From: Lepidodermella squamata
Taxonomy: Eukaryota > Animalia > Gastrotricha
Length of the DNA stretch: 64,000 nucleotides
Direction of reading: 5' to 3'
Assembly: GCA_047495785.1 (NCBI GenBank)
Contig: JBLDXI010000013.1
Coordinates: 3,348,001 to 3,412,000 of the forward strand
Below the pieces are notes generated by a model. It was not told the DNA's origin. It did no database searches and saw only the letters and a program-made list of their open reading frames with translations. A program made the translations under genes and the position numbers. Position 1 is the first letter of the stretch, and every line of letters begins with the position of its first letter. Of the stretch, positions 48,785 to 63,051 are shown piece by piece.

Positions 48785-51700
48785 AATTGCGGTGTGTAAC
48801 TTTCAAAAATGTAACCAACATTCAAAAATGCATCCTAAAAAGTAGCAATCGAAAAATAAGCTGCTGTAACACCTATGCATGAAAAATTATAAGGAGGCGG
48901 CTGGTATGAAGCGTAATTTTTGGCGAACAACGCTATCTTCGCCCGGACATGTACACTATCAAGGCATGTCGAGCGCAAAATCGGCAGCGCTTGCTGTGAC
49001 AAATCGCTGCTGGTCAGTCTTATAATAATAAAGGGAGTTCGATAGCCAGTTAATTCAGCTTGTTATACATGGCGCGTCCGTAAAGTGTGTAATAGATGGG
49101 CGATCGAGTGGGCGCCACTCTGGTGGCGGCCGCCGCGAGTGCCAGACGCAGTATAGCGGGCGAATTTTCATAACAAAATTAGGCCGACTGAAAAATTCGG
49201 CCGCGGCTAACAAATAAATGATTGGATTTGCGTCTAGATTGCAGCTGTAAATAATAATTTTTAAATAATAATAGTAACGCGAAGCTTTTACGACTGCATA
49301 AAATGACTTTTCAAAATCTTGTTGACGGCCGTTGGTCACTAAAATTTTTGCGCGGCTAAGCTATTGTTATTATACGCGAATATTTCCCTTAAAAACCACC
49401 CGCCCATCCGGCAGTTAAGACGTGTTGAGAGCTTCCGCGAAAAATTATATTAAAATAATGTCATGATGTCTCGGACAACGGCCTTCCGACCTTCAAGCGC
49501 GATGAATGACGAGCGGATTTATTTAATAGCCGAGACTTAACGCCTGAAAAACGCTGCTATAATAATAGGGCGAAGGAAAATGAAAAACAGCCGTCTTCAT
49601 ATTATATAAAATACCTGGATAATAAATTATTTTTATATAATGAAGTTAATCGGTGGGTATACAAATCGCAGCGGGGTGTGGTAACGCTGATTTGCCGCCA
49701 GCCGCAGTAATATAACCGAGCAAATAATATTTCACATGGCTTGAATAACGTAAACAAACTCGCATATAAAGCGCAAAAAACGCACGGTTGCGCATCGCAA
49801 AAAAATTATTATATAAGGTGGATTTATTTTCATAATAAGGCAAAATAATAAAGAAAGTGCTGATATATGTAACGCATATTGCTAGGGGTTAAACTTTTGG
49901 TTGGAAAAAGTCGAAATATAGTCAATATTGAAACTGTAAATAACACGAAAAGGGCGCCTATTAACGAGCCATCGGTGCGCTCATCTTTCAAGTCGTACCG
50001 AGTGCAAGCTGTCTGATTTGATCTGGTGATCTCTTGAGCCACGGCCAGAAACTCCCTTCCTATATATCGAAATACCACTAGGCCGTTTTATATTGTTGTT
50101 ATTATTATTGTTATTCGCCTCACCGTGGTGTTTGCTCTTTAATAACAGCGTTATAGGCGTTAGAGGCCAAGGCGAAGATGCTTTAATAGCCACTACAAGA
50201 AACGATGAGGCAATCGAGGGCTATAAGAACAGGGTCATTGAACGTAGGGTGCGCGCAACAGATGATGCGCGTTCATTTCAGAATCGATGGGCTAATAACG
50301 CCCGGCAATCTGCTGCAGCAGCCGCGCGCGTGTGTGTGTGCCAAAATTTGATACAAGATTTGATAAATAATTACATTCGACAAGAAAATCGCAACACGTG
50401 CGCGTGAATTCAGAATATATATATAGCGCCGGCCTCAAAGGCGCGGTCTTACGCAACAGCAAGTTGCCGGTCAAATATGTCGCGGCAATTTATTTGCACT
50501 GGTCATTTTGTATTTGCATTTTTAAGGAGGAATTTAAGATAGCAAGAAAATTGGATTATCGTTAATAGCCCGTCTTATTACAGTAGTAACGAGTTCTCAC
50601 GAATGAAATAATGTGTCAATAATGACAAACAAATAATGATAATAAACACGCGTAAATTTTTTGGAAAAAATAATGCGCGCGTCTGTTGTTGTTGTTATGC
50701 GCTGCGATCGAAAAGGTGCCAAACTGCGCGCGCTGAAAAATTTTCTGTGGCGAAATATAATTAGGCGACGCGCGTCGCGTGCGCGCATTATCATTTTGAA
50801 AATTGAAAAATATATTTTATGCGCAAAATTTTTACTACTTATCACTTTTGCTGTGCGCGCTCGCACACACACACGCCAACACCAATAACGCGCTGGCTGC
50901 CACTGGCGCATATACATAACGTATTTTGCGCTGGTATTTTTAATTATTCGATGAGCTATAAGAATAAAAAGACAAGCGGCGCGCGTCGTTGTGAATAATA
51001 TTTCAACGTTCCTTGTTATTGTTTTGTGGGACGGGCGTGTTTTTGTTGCTGCTCCCTTTGTTTTATTGTGAACAGACCCAATCGATGCGAGACCAGGAAA
51101 AATATAGGCGATTTCCAGTATAAGTATTATTCGCTAACAAGTACCTTCCTCGCTAGGATTATGCACTTGTTTTGTTATTTTTACATCGAGGTAAAGAAGT
51201 TGGACTATTGTTCGTATATCATCAAATTATTCGAGGGTCTATACGTGGCTTTGCATTGAGGTGAACACGATCAGTAGGCAAAACACTGGCCGCACCTGGT
51301 GTGATGGTGGCTGTGGAAAAGGCGAGCACGCGCAAATACGCGAAAATCAACATAAGCCAAAAGAGCGAGTGAGCTAAAAGGTGCGAGAAAATTTATATTA
51401 TTATTATTAGACCCTATCAAAGTGTAATAATATATTATCGCGCGGTGATATACGATGAGCTGGTCGAGACGCGCGAGCGCGGGCGGCTTGGAACAACATG
51501 AAGCTACAAACAAAGCGAGCGTTCACTTGTTTTCTACGTCGAAATCAGGCGCGGCGATTGGCGCGCGAAGTCAACAAGCATAATTGGTGATGTGGCGGCG
51601 GGGTTATGCTTATGATGATGATGAGCTGCCGAAACAACGGTTCACACTGCTGTAATAAACGCGATGCAATAATCATTATCACCTTCCAATAAAAGGTTCA

Positions 51701-52299
51701 ACCGCGAGATATCGCACATCACCTTTTAACGCGTTTTTGAAGGCCGTTAAACGTCGAAAGCAACAACAAACAAGATTATGATATTACAGCTATTATAGCC
51801 ACGGCATAACAAGCGAAAACAGATGAATATGATAAGAAAACAAAGATGCAAATATTTGCTCTAGGTTATTAGACCCTCGAAAATACAAAACTAATCGCAT
51901 TAGGTATCCTGGATGAGAGGTAACTTAATAAAATTTTAAAAATTTGTAAAAATTTAGATTAGTGCCAGGTTAAAGCTATAAATATTTACCATCTCGAGGC
52001 TAAATTCCATACCACTTCTCCTTCAACAGATTCAATCAAAGATGACCCAGTTTTAATCACTTGCAAAAGCGAATCAGAAAAATAAAATGTCCGCAATATC
52101 GCAGAAAAAATCAAGTGCTCTTCCTTAAATTCTCCCAGGATTTTGGAAAAATAGATTAAATTATTGGTATCAATACAAAATTTAATGAAATTGGTACTGA
52201 AAACCAAATCAGCAGAAAGCTGAACTTTGCCGCGTAACGAAGCATTGTAAATTAACCTAATAATAAAATCCTATAAAACGAATCAAAATGTTTGTATAA

Positions 52300-52549
52300 C
52301 CTTGACTGGCTGCTTGATCAGAATCGGAGAAAATTGGCTCCTCCTCCGAGAGGACACTTGTAATTAGGACGTCGTCGATGGTTTCGTAAACGCGGCTCGT
52401 TTTACTGCAGTCGTCGCCGCCGGCGGGCAACGGCATGAGGCCGATGGCGATGCTATCACCGTTGTTGCCTTTCATTCGATCGCTGCTGCTTCGAATATCG
52501 TAAACTCGGTCGATTGACGACACATTAAAACCAGCAGAAGGAAGTCGGG
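52300..52549 (-). CDS. Candidate upstream or alternative exon, possibly of the teneurin intracellular domain
   Basis: GC-rich open frame (…RVYETIDDVL…AASQ) ending in a phase-1 donor CAAG|gttata, compatible with the phase-1 acceptor at 48387. Confidence 0.35.
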
Positions 52550-54267
52550 CTAATTATTTCTTTTAAAATTTCTACGGAGTGCAAAAACAATTCAGTGCGC
52601 GGGTGAAATCAGACACCGGCGAGTGGTAATTAAGCCCCTCGGGCCGCGCAGGCCGGTGCAATAAAATTCGCTGTGACGACGATCGGGTTGCGGAAGGCCA
52701 ACCGCCGGCCAAGATGTCTGTCGTCGCGCCACTCGACAAAGCACGCGCCTTTTAGGAGTGAAATTTTACGAAATAATCAGCTCAATAATACGCATCACGC
52801 CCGGCCGGTCGCGTGTTTATCAATTGTAATAGCTGGTAAATTTTGCAGCTTTTCCAGCCGCAAAAATAACACCTAAATGTGTCGTCCTAAATGTCCTAAA
52901 TGTGTAATTAAAAAGCTGTCTGGTGTTTTCAGAAATCTCTCGCTTCGTTTATCTCGAGACAAAAGCTGGTGGTGAATCACCTAATTACGAAGCTATTTTT
53001 GATGCGATAGTAATATAAAGGTTTTTCAGAAGTAAAATCTACGACGTGTTGGCGGCTAAAACATCGCATTTAAGCGTATTATTCATCGCGCGTTTACCTA
53101 AACTTGAAATTTATAACAAGTAGCAGCGTATTCATACCTTCTTCATAAGTGTGCAATATAGCGTTGTTGTTGTGACGAGGTCAAACTAAGCTATGCGCTT
53201 TTAGCAGCAGCAGCAGAAAATTTTCAGCAGGTTTTAATCACACTAGACTATAATAATGCTACTAGTATACCTGGTACATACAACATTTTTGCAGTAGTAA
53301 TAATAAAATTCGTCGGCAATAATATGAACAGCGCGGCGCGTGGTGGTCATCCTTCACAACCTAGACGACGGCGGATTAAAAGGTGTAAAACTTCTCAACG
53401 AGTTTACACAATAAAAACGGAAGATATCCATGATAGGCCGCGTTTGTACAAAGCGGCGGCAGGCAGTGGCGCTGGTGGTGTAATTTTCAATCTCGTGCGG
53501 TAATTTAAACGCCCTTAAAATGCAGCACAACAATTTCCAGGTAAAACGCAGGTCAGTTTTAGACCATTAACACCTCAACGTAGCGATAAAATCGCTCCCT
53601 GCTCGCGCCCAATTATCGCAAACAGCGTCTGATTGCCCTCGCCAAATACGTGTATATAGATATATCAACAGCAATTCATCGCGTGCTGAGATAGATGGAT
53701 GATGCGTCATGCATCGCAACAAAATGAAACGATGATGATGCATACCTGGCGGTTTTTTTTTGTTCCGCAAGCGCACCCACGTGCTATAATAAAATAGAAA
53801 TAAAAAACAAAACGAAAGCCCCCGAGCTAGTAAACAAAATTGATATAAAAAACCTGGCTGAGGCATTTTTTAACGTGGAAGTAATTGTCGACGCATAAAA
53901 ATGCGTTCTGATTCTAGTACAAATTTGATGAGGCTGCAAAAACCTGAACAAAGAACATGAATTGGAACAAATTCCTAAGCAAACGGTGCGGATCGACAAG
54001 AAATTGAAGGAACAAGATTAACTGAAATTCCTTTGCTAAGGAATGGTTCTTTTTATAACATCTCGATCTTCGGGGATATGTAAAAAAGTTTTTCGAATTT
54101 TCCACCACACCTTTCGGTTCATCATTGTAACACGAGTAGTGAAAAAATTAATTCGAAATATGCAAATTAGCCGGTGTGCATTTTATTAGACCAAGATTAC
54201 CGAAATTATGATCGGGTATATTTGTAATTTATATCCCAATTCTTTATAAAATTGATGATGAACTATA

Positions 54268-54400
54268 AAATCCTTATGCTACCAAAAGGATGTCGAATTT
54301 TACTGCGCGCGCCAAATTTAGAACTGATCGGTTTCTTCTATGAAAAAATACAAGTAAAATAGCGCGAAAATTCTACTTCCTTTTGGTAGCATAAAGAATT
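54268..54400. repeat. Short inverted repeat (about 34-bp arms), MITE-like hairpin
   Basis: aaatccttatgctaccaaaaggatgtcgaatttt pairs with aaaattctacttccttttggtagcataaagaatt with about 4 mismatches. Confidence 0.75.
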
Positions 54401-55386
54401 GCGGGAAAAACCAAGTTCGAATCTCGCGCAATTTTCGTCATATAATTAAGATGAAAAACACGAGTTTCTTCGCATTATAACTGGTAAATTTTGAAAAAAT
54501 CGTGAGAATGTGCCTCATTCGAGTGCTGAAATCCAGTGGCTAACATAAACGATCCACTCATTTTCGCACATTTCATGGTCTATACTCGCATAAAACACCG
54601 CAGTGATGGAGGTTGAGCTTTCTAGTTTTGAGGCACTCAGAAATGGCTATATCGTAGATCATGTGATGTATAACACGCCCTCTACTACCAGCTACTTTTA
54701 CTCTTGTTGTGCATAATGTTTACAGGCGTTAAAGCCTGTGAGCCATGTTGTAGTATACAACAAACCGCTGTCAGGCGAAAGCAAAAATGAAACTGGGCTG
54801 AATAATGATGAAAGCTGAAGGCTGAAAGCCGGAACAAGGCAGCTAAAATCATCGGTTGTTTGTAGGTGGGCCTGGCTAGATATTTTCTCGTGTATTTTAC
54901 GGCAGCTAATACCGGTCTAATATCCATCGCCACTGCCATAATACCTTGCTCTTATCAAAATATATCGGTTTATAAATAGGCCTGTTTAGTATGAAAATAG
55001 CCGAGCGCTATAATGAGACGCGAGATTTATTGATGCGTACAAAAATCTGGGGTCATTTAATGAATAACCCACGTGTTCGGGCGCATCCCTACAGCAGTTG
55101 GATACCAGTATAGCCGTAGAGTCCGATTACACCTCGCCTGGTGTTGAACTAATTTGTCAGTACCGCCGGTATATATACGGATGCGATGATTCAGCGTAAA
55201 AATATTGCACCTGATTGGAAGTTTTAGATGAAATAAACAAAAATGAAGCAAAAATATTTTATTGCCGATATAAATTATCGTTTAACAGCCGATGAATCGT
55301 GCCCCGTTTGAATTTACCTATAACTATAATATAGCGCAATTTTCGATTATAAAAGCGTGGTGATGGTAGGAGGCGGAGAGAAAAAG

Positions 55387-55937
55387 CTAGTATTTATCAG
55401 TTTTATCAGCAATTTTGACAGGAAATTGAACGCAGACGAGGCTCTCTTTTTCAGTCGGGTAATTGTCGTCGTGGAGCTGCAGTTCGACAGTTACGGGGAT
55501 CTTCGGGTACCAGCTTGCTACCGGCATCGAAAGGCCGTAGACGTGCTTTTGGCCGGCCTTTATCGGGCACGACAGCTCGGGTGAAGTCAAGCATCCATTG
55601 CTTGGCACCGGGAACGCAATTTTTTGATTGAATAGAACTCCATAAACCAGAGCTGAAAAAATCGGGATTAAATACACTGAGTAATATCGAAATTACTACC
55701 TTTCAGATTTTCGGAGGTGGTGTAATCCTGAGGCGTCTCAAAATTGATGCGAATTGAGGCATTCTGGCCTCGGTAAAGCGGGCAAGCGTCGGAACTTTCT
55801 GGGCAGCCCAAAATTTGGACGTTAATCTTCGACTTGTCAACATGCGATTTGCAATCCTGAAACCTGAAGGCCGAAGCGCCGTGATCGAAAAACGAAATCA
55901 CTGCGATGGTCGCAAGCGTAAGACACGCGATTTTCAT
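55387..55937 (-). CDS. NPC2 / ML-domain secreted lipid-binding protein, 2 exons
   Basis: Signal peptide, FQDC, GC....CPLYRG, NGC....SCPIKAG, YP..PVTVELQL and VCVQFPVKI; 47-nt intron 55699-55653. Confidence 0.92.
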
Positions 55938-58900
55938 TGCGCTGCTACAATCTGATTAATCTGAGAATCTGAGTAACGGAAATAGATTGTTACGTCTTAT
56001 ACCTATTAAATATAGAGGGGGACTATTAAAAAGGACTAAATGCGCGTCTTTTTTCCTGTCGCATCAGCACGACGGTTGGTTCTTTTGTCCGCCGGCTGCA
56101 GCGCACATTTTCGATACGCTTGGGCGCAAATTTATGATAATGTATCCATTTTCATTGTTCAAACGTCATGCCCGGTAAATAGAAAATTATTTAGTCCACG
56201 AAAAATAAGAATTGTTTTTTTCGCATCTTACAGCGGCTAATGTTGCAGGTATAGATTGTCCCATATATGAAAAAATAGGTGTATGAAACGGGCGCAGAGA
56301 CCGCAAATCACGAATCAAACAAGTAGTCGCATCATTACGATAACGTTCACGGATCAGAAAGACAAGAGCTAGTGAACAGTTTTGAATAAAACTGCTTTTG
56401 CGGACCACAAAGCCAGCAGGAAAAAAATGGCGTGAAGAACCCATCGAAAAAATAAGAAATTATGTATTTCCATACCCTAAAGCAGCTTTTTGTTGAAATC
56501 ACTCATCTTATGATTGACGATAATTTTCAGGTACAAACCAGTATGCAGCCTGAGGCAAGAAATCAGCTTTCATGTGGAATTTTAAGAAAAAATACAAGCT
56601 GAAGACGACTCTAGTAATTCGTCATTTATTCCTTTTTTACCTTTTCTTTCGGGTAAGCGTTGAAGTATCGTTAAAGTATCCGCAACCATCTCAGGATTCC
56701 CATCGGAACTTTTCTGATATGGGGTTAATATCCTATTCTCATCCTCGCCAACATTCGGCTGAATATTACCTACAGGATGCGGTAGCTTGACCTTGAATTC
56801 TGAGGCATTTTCTCAGGATTAACGGCACCGCTTGAGACCGTGTCGGATATTCTAGATTGGGACCACGTTTTGGTTTTTATACTAATAAAAATTAAACTGT
56901 TTTACCTACACTATTCGCGCGAAGGTTTTATATGTGTATGTACAAGTTGCGTTTTTATATGGTGCCCGGGCAGCAATTGTACGACACTGCGATCATTTTT
57001 TCGGGCACCACCGCAACACAAAAATAATAATCAACTAATTAGCCTTGAGCTGCCTGACCATAATAAAAACCGAAACTCAGACGGCGGCTTATTTCCGCGC
57101 ACCCAATTAGCGAACAGCAGTCACGCAGCAACAGAACACGGCGGTGTGGTCATTATTTAAATTTTTGTGCCTTTTACACTTTACACTTGGGTTTTTCGCC
57201 CAACTTTCTCTTTTCTGTGAATTTTTTGATAACCTTGTGTATTTTTGTCTTTAGAGGTTCGAGATATCCTCTTAAATATATATAAGATTTGGTCTATGTG
57301 AATGGGCCCACGCATGAGTCCTTGCTAATACATATTGGGATATTTGGGAGAGATTTATTAAATATATTGATTGGGTGATTTTTTGGGTGATTTTGGGAAA
57401 TTGAGGTGGTTGAGGAAGAATTATAGATTCAGTAAAAACAGATTGATTTTTTGGGATTATCGGATAAAATGTGGTCAAGCAATGATTTTCCTTATATTGA
57501 ACATTTATCAGTCAATATCTGCGTTCTCTATGCTGAGAAGGAACGCTGCCTGCGTCGTTTCTGCAGTAATATTCCTGACGATTGACGATAAGTATACCTA
57601 ATACCGGCTTATTCAGCATAATATTAAATCCAAACGGTTTCGTTTCGTAAGATTCAGTATGAATTATGATGCGTTAGTGGAATTTGAAGCTTAATTTCTT
57701 TAAGACTTCGGTTATTGAAATTCGGGCGATATCTGTGTGCTATCGGCGCCATAGCGTCTGCTGCTCAAGGTTGAGTAGTTTTGAGATTGAGAACAAATGC
57801 AAGTTATGCGTAGTTTTCAAGTTTACATATTGGCTATTTCTGCACATGATTCGAATCGCCCCTCGCCGCAACCGTCGGCCGTTGGCCGATGTTTGTTGGC
57901 TTCAGTGACAGGCGTCATTTTCTTGGACAGACCTCCGATATGGTCCATAGGAAGTTTTATGTCGACGCTATTGTCGCTGAATAATTATCGGCGGCACGTT
58001 AGAAACAGCCCGTTTCGCCGCTTTCGCTCTTTCTTGGATTTAAAAAATAGCTTTCTTGGATTTTGAGGCTTTGAACCCTCCCACACCTTCAACGCTGTTT
58101 TATCAGGATTGTTCTCCCACAAAATTTCAACAATGGTGTACGTTTTTGCACGCGTGCACGAAAATTCAGCGAATGTCAGGGCCAGTCAGGGCTAATTCGT
58201 AGAACTTAGATTTTAGAAGTATTAGCGGGTGTTAGCCGGGTGGGGTAGTATAAGGATATGACGCGTGCATATGTGGCATATTTCTTATGGCGACAATTTT
58301 CTGTGGTGAGTTTTCATATTTTCTAATTTTGCATATATTCATTGTGTTTTCTCATCGCAGATCATGACTCGTGCCAGCTTCGAAGAGCTGTCGAAGTGAG
58401 TAACCTGGCCCTAGCGAGACTTCGCAGTCAGCCTTTACTGGGTACTACTATCAGATCGATCTCTAACTGTATTGTTATCCGCTCGTATTCATTGATCATA
58501 CCAATAAATTTTGAATTTGAATATTTGTCCCATTTTTCAATGAATTACGGGCAGGGTCGCTGATTTTCAGACAAAAAAAGACAATTGGGTCAGGACTCAG
58601 ACCCGAAAAAAATTTAGATTGTACAATATCGAGACATGGCTGCAATTAACTTACGACATCGACCTTTTAGAACCTCATTGATTTCTCAGGTCATGTCTTA
58701 CGTGGCATGGCAAGTGTCTTTTTCGTGGCCACTGTGGCCGGTTCTCCGCGAGTGTGATCTGAACCATTGCTATGTACTCTGAGAATTGATATCAGTATAT
58801 TACAACGCGGATTGAAACCGAAATGTTCATCAGGGTAAGAATAACCAAGCAGCAATTCGCAGGACCTAAAGCCCAAGATATTAACCAAACGATCGGTTAT

Positions 58901-59214
58901 TTGTAAATTAAAAGTGTTATTTAAATTAATAAATCTCTTGGCTTAATATAATATGGAGGTAACAGGAAATGAGATCGTCTTGGAAATATAAGAGATGATT
59001 AAACTTATCAGAATAGCACGGTCGAGGAGTGGGGAGAAATAACTGGAAAGAAAGAAAGGACTAGAGTTAGGCTTACCTACTATGCGACTCCAACGGTGAT
59101 AGATATTATGTGGACTATCCATCATCCATGAGTCGATCGAAGCATTAAACTCGGAAAGCAATAAAAGCATGTTTTTCACTGTCATTTCTCTTTTTGCGTG
59201 TCTTTTTGCGGTGA

Positions 59215-61292
59215 TCACGGAGCTGCGTAGAGCAAAACGTTCGCATCACCAACGCCCAGCATGCCGGCGTCGCCATTCCAACGATAATAGTTCGGCCTGC
59301 AAAATATGTCAATGGTGCAAAACTTCTTCATTCTTTATTCCTTCTTTTTGCGTTGTTGCTTTATTAGAAAAGTGTGGAATGCTTTGTCATGTTATGCTCC
59401 GAACACTTACGAAGCTGAACAGGTGTAGCAGCACTGCCAAGTATCAGCGAAGTTACTCGTCATCCACCACCCACCTCCTAGAGATTCCGAAATTAGGAAT
59501 GGAACGCCATAGCCGTACAAGGGAGGATATACATTGCCATAGGTAATAGTTCCACATGTAGCTGGCTTTTGGGCAAAACCAATGTCAAATTATTTGATTG
59601 GTTTGACGCCTTCCTTTGGATTTTAATCTTACCTGGCCATAAGGTTGCTGACAGATTTTGTAACCATCATCTTCGGAAAACATGGCTGAAGCTTTGAATG
59701 AAAACGATGGGTACTTCCCAGTAGCGATTTTCATTTGGTAAACAATGGTCCAACGTGCTACGATATGAAAGCGATCAAAAAGCCTTAAAAAGCTGAAAGC
59801 AGATAGGAGACTCACGAAACAGCTTCGACCATGCAGTAACCGACAGTGTTGCAGCCGGAAGACCTTGAACAGGCATGTTAGCAGTTGGTGATAACCCACT
59901 GTAGGTCCAGTATCGCAGTGGCTCCACACTTATTGGAGGGTCGTAAATTTCCATTATGACACCTCTTTTCTCATAACGATACTTAACACCCGAGAGACAT
60001 TGTAAAACTAAAGTAAAATTTTTTATACAACCTTGCCCATTCCTGGTGTATTGCAACCGCAAAGAATGAGATGATTGCTGTTGGGATCTTTGCATACACA
60101 GATCGATCGAGTCGCCAGCATCAGACGACCCTGGCGGTGGGTGAAAACAGCACAGTCGGTAACGGCTGTTTCCGAATTCAAGATAAGCTGAGCTTGGGCA
60201 CCACCTGATGATAGCTGCACACACCACGTTGGCGATGTCGTGAGAATTAATGCGAAATCTAGTTCGAAATACCAATAAAAGTCATCAATATTGAAGACCA
60301 TAGAAACCTCCTGCAGTCAATTGGTTGCCGATTTCGAGACCAATCCATTTGGTAGCATTAGTTTTGGACGCGAAACCTATACCGATACATGCCCCAAATC
60401 AACAAACAATTGGTTTAGTTGCTGCAACCATTACCCCATTTGTATTCGTAGTATACTTTAGTGGTGAAGTCGAAGTCGGCAATAGCTTTTCGGATTTAAA
60501 CATAAAAAGTGCCTGAAGTGAAATCACTGTAAAAGCAAAAAAGCGAACCCAAGCGCCGAAAGAAAACCATAGAAACTGTTGAAAAAAATGCATTACTTCC
60601 ACAGTATTCAGGTATTTAAGATGGTTTACGGTCATTGACGCCAATCGCTGTACTATGAAAAGTAGAACATTGATGACGTGCTATTATTGATTCTATTATT
60701 ATACCCTGATCTCAAGGTATAATTTGCATCTGGTGTTCGATAGGTGCATTCTGAATTAAAGGCCTTGCTGCCGATTTCAGTTTGAAACGAATAATTCCCA
60801 GCACCTTTTCCCAGCTTGACCACGGTGGAGCAATCTTTTCAGGTTCCATAATTAAACTCTCAATACATAGTAAAACTCATACCGTGATATGTATTCTCTT
60901 TGCAAGGCATTGGCTCTTGATATACTTCCTAATGAACGGCAATGTGCTTTAGAAAAATGTTCGACATAACTAGGACTTGCTTTGTGGTAGTAGTACCACC
61001 CCTTTTGGTACTCAAGGCCATCCCAAAGTTCGTTGGTATGGCCGTAGTTCAGCCAGCACGTCGCCGTAACTGGGTAGTACGAGAACGATCGGCACATTTT
61101 GTAAGCTGTTTGATTACATGCGTCGGCACACGATCGGATGTCAGTGTTGCTCATCTGCTTGAAAGAGTCAGCAATTATCAACCGATAATTCCGACCGCAA
61201 TTTTTCGGCGAGAAGAAATCGCCATATCCCAGCGCCAGGCCAAAGTACCCTATTGATAAGCTGACCCACGTTAGGTGACTTATCCGGAGCAT
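59215..61292 (-). CDS. Multi-exon secreted protein with an N-terminal PAN/apple domain and a possible degenerate C-type-lectin-like segment; exon chain only partly resolved
   Basis: Exon 1 has a signal peptide plus SCADACNQTAYKMCRSFSYYPVTATCWL...WYYYHK (PAN). Downstream short exons contain KWIGL and DCAVF motifs; the last plausible exon ends ...VLLYAAP* at 59215. Confidence 0.55.
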
Positions 61293-62589
61293 TTTGTAAG
61301 TAGCTACGACGTTCCAGATATTTGCAATATTTTGATTTTAATATTTCGTCGATATCCTAATTTTCCTACCGAAGCTAATTCAGCTAGGATAACGTGGGCT
61401 TGGGAGTGCGAGAATCGTTTACGTGTTACCCTGGTTGCACAGCTATATTGAGGCACCACTCGCTGCTCGCTGCTGGATTTTCCTCAAATCTCGCAATTAT
61501 CAATTTATCGCACGCATGAAGACTAACAAACCCAACATTCTGTTATTCCGGCAAACTTCATTTTTTCCAACCAGCTATAGCTGTGTCATTAGATTGACGC
61601 GAGATGTGACAAACTCGCTGTTTGCCTTATTTCGACCGGCATAACTACCGGCATAACTACTGTAGTTGCTTGGCTATAACATTATTCGAAAACCTGGCTC
61701 CCCAACTGATACATCAATAATAAATTACATCCTGTTTTTTTGCTATACTCGACAGCAAATAAAATTCAATAATTCGGCAAGAATTTATTACCTGGCAATA
61801 TTTTCGTATCGGAAAAACGAAAGATTCAATCCTTTCATTATTTTCCTCCATGTGACATTTTGGCCATAGTAATACCGAAATGAATCAAACTGTTAACTTT
61901 GGGATTATATAATAAGCTAACGTTCTTAAAATCTGTGTACTTCTTCATACTTTTCATCATTTTTCAAAACATGATCCAATGGAAGAGTCATCCAACATTC
62001 AAATCATCGATTTGTAGCTGTTTCAAACTTGATTAATCGCTTCTTCATGTCAGCATGACTGAGAATTTCCTATTTTCCAAGCTGCCGCAAAAATGACCTG
62101 ATCGAGGACTGGCGAAAAGGGAATCATGAGTATGAACAGGAGTACGCTAGGCTTAGTTTGCATGGTAATTACCTCTTCAATGCAAGCCCGTATATTTACA
62201 GACGTGCTATTGACAACCGGGTAGGTACACACAGCTGCTGGCTTCTTATAGCAGCAATAACCGCTAAATGCCTAATTACATATTCTCGGAGCCATTCACC
62301 TGAACGCTAATCGTGCCGTCATCTTTTAGCTGTGACATACAAAAAACGCGGCTGCATGACACGGCAAAAGCATGAATGACTGCGGTCAAAGTTCAACCTT
62401 AACGCCATCGCATTATTGTTATTATGAATGAAACAACATGTCAAACAGCACCGAATGGCCTTGCATTTGTGGACACTGGCCACTACTCGCGGCATGTTTA
62501 CTTTATTGAATCCACACGAATTGGTGTTATGATCAGAAGAAAAATAAATAAATTTGAGCAAAAAAAATCAAAATAAATTGAGTATCTCA

Positions 62590-63051
62590 TTAGACAATTT
62601 GAACCGGAATAATGACACAGACCAGAGAAACGCCCTCGTCATCCTTGAGCTGGTACTGAAAATCCAGACTAGCTTGAGGGACCCAATCAAAAACTTCTAT
62701 AGTCATTTTCGGCGTGAATTTCGTGTTCGATTTCAACGGGCATTTCACGCCTTGGAAAGTGCACGCGTTCGGCTCGGGCAGCGGAAAAGGCACCTTGATG
62801 AAGTCTTCTACAATACCCATGCCAACGGCGGTCAATGAAGCGGAGCCTTTGTAAGATGCGTGGGTTGCGAATTCACCGTCAATTGTTACTTTGGACCCGC
62901 GCGCGAACCGGCATGCCGACGTGCCGCAACCTGCTATGGAAAATTTGACGGAGGCCGGCACGGCTGAGCCGCAGTCTTTGTACGGAACCGCGTGAACAAT
63001 GGCCAACAGCACTGAGTAGACGGTTGTGAATAATAAAGACGGTGGCGCCAT
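62590..63051 (-). CDS. NPC2 / ML-domain secreted lipid-binding protein, intronless
   Basis: Signal peptide, YKDCGS, GC....CRFARG, FPLPEPNAC..GVKCPLK and LVCVIIPVQIV. Confidence 0.93.
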   Translation of the reverse strand: MAPPSLLFTTVYSVLLAIVHAVPYKDCGSAVPASVKFSIAGCGTSACRFARGSKVTIDGEFATHASYKGSASLTAVGMGIVEDFIKVPFPLPEPNACTFQGVKCPLKSNTKFTPKMTIEVFDWVPQASLDFQYQLKDDEGVSLVCVIIPVQIV

